Positions 60,011 to 64,000 of a DNA stretch of 64,000 nt are shown here, one piece after another (position 1 is the stretch's first letter; each line of letters begins with the position of its first letter). Made by a program: the position numbers and the translations under genes. The notes under the pieces are model-generated. The model worked only from the letters and a program-made list of their open reading frames with translations. It searched no databases and was not told where the DNA came from. The stretch spans positions 12,338,001 to 12,402,000 of the forward strand of contig NC_088815.1 of assembly GCF_011386835.1 (NCBI RefSeq), in the 5' to 3' direction. The DNA comes from Chrysemys picta bellii. Lineage: Eukaryota.

Positions 60011-61044
60011 ACACAATACGCAGACAGGCTCTCTTCGAACATGCAGGTTGAACAGGCCCTGCCCCGTAAACTTGGGGGGGATTTTCAAAAGATTCTAAAA
60101 TCACTTTAGCAACCTCAGTCCATGTGACTTAGGTGCTTAGGAGCCTACATACGTAGGACTTAGGCTCCCAAGTGTCTAAGTTACTTTTAAAAATGGGACT
60201 TAATGCCTAAGTCACTTAGGCACTTTTGAGTATTTCACCTTTGGTCCACATTACAGCTGTCAGAGGAATGGGTGGATTCAAAAACCTTGGGATACTTGTC
60301 AGGCTGTGTTTTCACGAAGGATCCCGCCAGATACTGCATTTGGCATAGGAAGTGAGTGTGTGTGTGTGTGTTTCCTAGTCCCGTGTTCCTTAGTTAAATT
60401 AGTTGCTAATCTTGAGACCGAGCCTGGCACGATGCATCCTCAATTCGAAGGCTGGGCAAGGAGACTTAATTACCTGTCGGATATGTTTAATATTCATGTG
60501 GTGTTTTTCTAGCAAGAGCTACAGAGCCAGGTATAATTTGTTTAGCAGAGGCAATTTATTGGATGCAGAATGTAAGGAGGGCAGCTTAATCTTGTTGCCA
60601 TATGTGGGATAAGGACACTCAAGAGTGGTGATTGTTCTGCAAAGTTTGCTTCAGCATGGTAGAAAAATCATATGAGTCAATGTGGGACTCTGGGGTGGCT
60701 GCCAGAATATAGACAGTCCTGCAGCCCTTACTTACCTGAGTTTGAATCATTTCAGCCTAGGCTGGGCAAAGCGTGGGAAAATCGATTCAATGCTGGGGTG
60801 TGTAGAAGCTTGTTGAGATTGGATTGCAAGATCAGGCCTCTTATCTGGGCCAAAGCCATGTGAGTGGAGATCTGTGACACGGATTGGCACTGCGGGTTAA
60901 CCCTGAAGACATTTTGTAGCAATCTGAGAGCTCTAACTAACACAGGGATGAATTCTGCCTTCGTACAGGACAAAATTTGCCCTGTAATTAAATACCAATG
61001 GGACTGGGAGAGAGAGGGGGGGCATATGCATTCCTGTATTGGAG

Positions 61045-61205
61045 TCTATTCTTCAGTGCTTTGCCCGGCTTTGTCTGAAATGACTCAAGTGATGGGGCTT
61101 CCAGCTCTTCCCTGGGGAGATTATTCCACAGTCTAATAAATCTCTCTGATAGGAAACGTTTCTTGATAACCAGCCAAATTCTTTCATTGCTCAGCCTCAT
61201 CCCGT
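61045..61205 (-). mobile_element. CR1 LINE ORF2 C-terminal fragment
   Basis: Minus-strand KKRFLSERFIRLWNNLPREELEAPSLESFQTKPGKAL matches the CR1 motif (R..FT.RVV..WN.LP.EVV.APSL..FK..LDKAL). Confidence 0.8.
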
Positions 61206-61803
61206 TTTTCTTAGCATGGCCACCTCAGAGCACCCTAAAACAATCCCTCTCTCTCTCTCCATGGGCGTGACACCTTTTTCATAAGTGTAGGTGGCTCGCC
61301 TCTCTCCCCCTTTCGTCATGATTTTAGCCAAAGATGCTGGGTCGAATCTGGAGTAAGGCCTTCCGACTCTGATCCTGATTTGGCCCTTTTAATCTTTCTT
61401 CATAAATCAGTCCCTGCAATACTTGTAGTGTTGCTTCTCTCTCCGTCAGTGCATGTGTATGTGTGTATGGGACGGCAAGCCAGGACTGCTCTTGCTACAT
61501 CGTCTCACTGCTGCCGTATATTCTCTTCCTGCTCCAGGACAAGATACTTCTGCATAGACAGCCTAAAATCGCATTCCACTCCCATACACCATGGCATGCT
61601 GGTATCTAAATTGCTGCCTGCTCTGACCCCTTAGGTATTTTTTGGAATTGCTGATCCAAGCCTCACCCTCCCATTGAATATCTGTGTTTCAGATTATTTC
61701 TTCCACTGGCTGTGTCAGCTTGCATTTCTCCTGCCCGCGATGCTAACCCATCTGATTCAAAGCCCACAGAGCCTTTCCCTTGACTCCAATGGGCTTTGGA
61801 CGA

Positions 61804-61982
61804 AGGCCCCGATTTTTCAAGGTCTTTAGGCACGCTGAACAGATTTAGGAGCCTACGTCTCATTTTCAAAAGGGGATTTAGCCAAATCCCTTTGAAAAAT
61901 GAGACTTGAGTTCCTAAATCGGTTAGGCGTTGCAAAACTGAGTGCAGCCGTGCGTGCCTAAATACCTTGACAAATCTGGCCC
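61804..61982. mobile_element. Palindromic non-autonomous DNA element (MITE; superfamily unassigned)
   Basis: Inverted ends ggccccgattttt/aaatctggccc with internal mirrored tttaggcac/gtgcctaaa; related degraded copy at ~60070-60240. Confidence 0.7.
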
Positions 61983-62554
61983 GGGCCACTATACCCCTTT
62001 ATATTCTTTATCTAGTTTCGTTCCTGGTGTTTTACGACACCTCCCGATTTAGTAACATCTGCACCTTTAATTAACAAGTCTTTGCCCCTTCTTGCAGGTA
62101 CTTAATAAAGATGTTAGATAAAAACTTGGGCCTACCAGGGCTGCCTGCAGGCTGGACTCCTCCTCTCTGAACTCAGTACAGGAAGGTTAGAGCAGGGGTC
62201 TGTGTGCTGGGTGTGGGGACGGCAAGGCACATAGCCCATGAACCCATGGAACGTGTTGTTATCGTGGATATTTGGGCGGTGGGGGTTGGGGGGATTTTAT
62301 GTTGTTACATGGAGACAATTGTGTGTCTAATTTGGCATTTGCTGTCTCCATCGCAGGTTGTGCATTTCTCACATACTGTGCCAGAGATTCAGCCATCAAA
62401 GCCCAGACTGCGCTACACGAACAGAAGACTTTGCCAGGGGTAAGTCCTGGTGGTTGATGAATTATGGTCTGTGGGTTTCTTGGCTTGAGCTGGGCCGCGA
62501 ACTGGAGGGAGCATTGGCTTTGATTCCTTTTTCTCTCTCTCTCTCAAAGAGGAG

Positions 62555-62720
62555 CTTGGTCTGGTGGTTACAACAGGGAGCTGGGAGGCAAATCCCCTGG
62601 GTTGGATTCCTGACCCTACTAGAGGCTTATTGTATGACCTCAAGCAAGTCGCTTCGCTTCTCTGTGCCTCAGTTTCCCCACCTGTAAAACGGGGTCTAAT
62701 GCTGTTTACCCACATCACCA
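62555..62720 (+). mobile_element. MIR/CORE-like SINE
   Basis: tgtatgacctcaagcaagtcgctt...tctgtgcctcagtttccccacctgtaaaacgggg. Confidence 0.7.
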
Positions 62721-64000
62721 GGAAACGGTCATGTTACAGGGTGGAAGATGTGGCACAGGAAGCTGGTACTTTCTTTAGATGGGCAGCCTGTGAGGAGGAG
62801 TCAGGTGGGGCAGGAAATGAGATACGGCATGTGATGTTGGAACCTTTTCCCAGATTCCCCAAGGCTCCTTTGCACATCAGCTACAGCTCCTCGCACGTTT
62901 CCTCTGCCGGAGCGACTGGCCCGGTTGTTCAGGGCCGCGGTGTAGAGCCTGACATGACGTTGAGCTCAATTACCGAGGCTGACTAGACGGTGGAGGAAAA
63001 ATGTCCCTGCTTATACACAGACCCATCCTGTCGTTCAGAAGAGAAATCCACTGAACGGGTGAGACTGGGAATTCTGGACGCCTGTAGGTAGCCCTCCATA
63101 CCCTGTGCCCTTTCTGCTGTCTATGGTCAGTATGAAACCTCTATGGAGAGACCAGAGGGATTGTTTAACATGGATACACTCTAAGGTGTGGGGGGATCAG
63201 CCCTCAGCTCACCCATATTCATGCACAGATTGCCCCTCTCTGTTGCAAGGCGATGCTATTGTCTTTTTTAATTTATTTTTGCCATCCCCATTTTCTGATG
63301 GTAGAAGAACCCTGGCTAGGCTGGGCTTGTTTTCTTCCTGCTCTGGGGTTTGAACAAGTGCGCTGAAAAGATTCCTTTGTAGGTGAGTAGGCGGAGGACT
63401 CGGGTACTTATAGACAGAAGCTCATCGGAGACCCTGAGCGCTTAAGGCAGCAGGATAATTAATGTAAACCAGGGATCTCTGGAGAGGGGTTAGGAATTCT
63501 TAACCATAACATTTCCCCTTTAACTCCTGCAGGACGAGAAAGCTTCCCTCACCTCTCCCAGCCCCTAGAGCCACCCGTAGTTTTTACTGTTCGCTTTCTG
63601 CATGGATCTGTGTTTGCAATAGGCAGGAAAGCTCGCATGGCTTAATTACAGCTTAATGGAGTCTTTTTTGGAAGCTGTCATTGCTGTTATTGGCTGTGGG
63701 TGTTCCAGGTTATTTTAGGGCACAGATGAGAGCCGAAGAGAAATACATTCTTAAATATTATTTGATTTAATTTTCTTCGGGGGATAAGTTAGCATTCAGG
63801 ATAAGGCATAATAACTTTCCACAAGCGTTAGACCAGCGTGGGATCTAGAGCGGGAGGAAGCATTATACCAGTACAGAAATTATACAGGTCATGGTTTAGT
63901 GCTGTAACTCAACACACGGTGGACAAGAACTTCATCAGTAGAGTAGTCGCAGAGCAAACACCACAGACAGTATAAGTAAGGCTCAGTGTCTTCCGTGGTA

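Noticed and set aside
62850-62990. Small CpG-rich patch with a nearby acceptor in the AT-rich block
   Set aside because: Translations match nothing I recognise and there is no convincing donor/acceptor pair.

Overview
Eukaryotic, GC-rich vertebrate genomic DNA; the repeat content (CR1 3' ends, MIR/CORE-like SINEs, LF-SINE, Penelope-type terminal fragments, hAT MITEs) suggests a turtle microchromosome (inference). The only protein-coding gene I can support is midnolin (MIDN, + strand). Six GT-AG coding exons (29415-29632, 31190-31277, 31565-31627, 43273-43665, 45004-45136, 45607-45900) splice in frame to 396 codons covering the Ubl and Catch domains. The terminal exon (C-terminal helix/NLS, the proteasome-binding part) is not in the sequenced bases. 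A 500-N gap (55228-55727) separates the GC-rich MIDN region from a visibly more AT-rich, repeat-rich block. The most unusual observations are: (i) the missing MIDN terminal exon and possible truncated isoforms; (ii) a recently homogenised 86-bp tandem array apparently built from the tRNA-like head of the ancient LF-SINE, each unit carrying a CTCF-like motif; (iii) MIR-like SINEs with tandemly multiplied heads; (iv) compact MEF2/AP-1/CRE and other motif clusters; (v) a fossil L1-clade RT and decayed hammerhead ribozyme remnants. I found no CRISPR arrays, rRNA or true tRNA genes. Most ORFs in the track are GC-rich or repeat-derived noise. Repeat family names come from recalled consensus sequences, not database searches.
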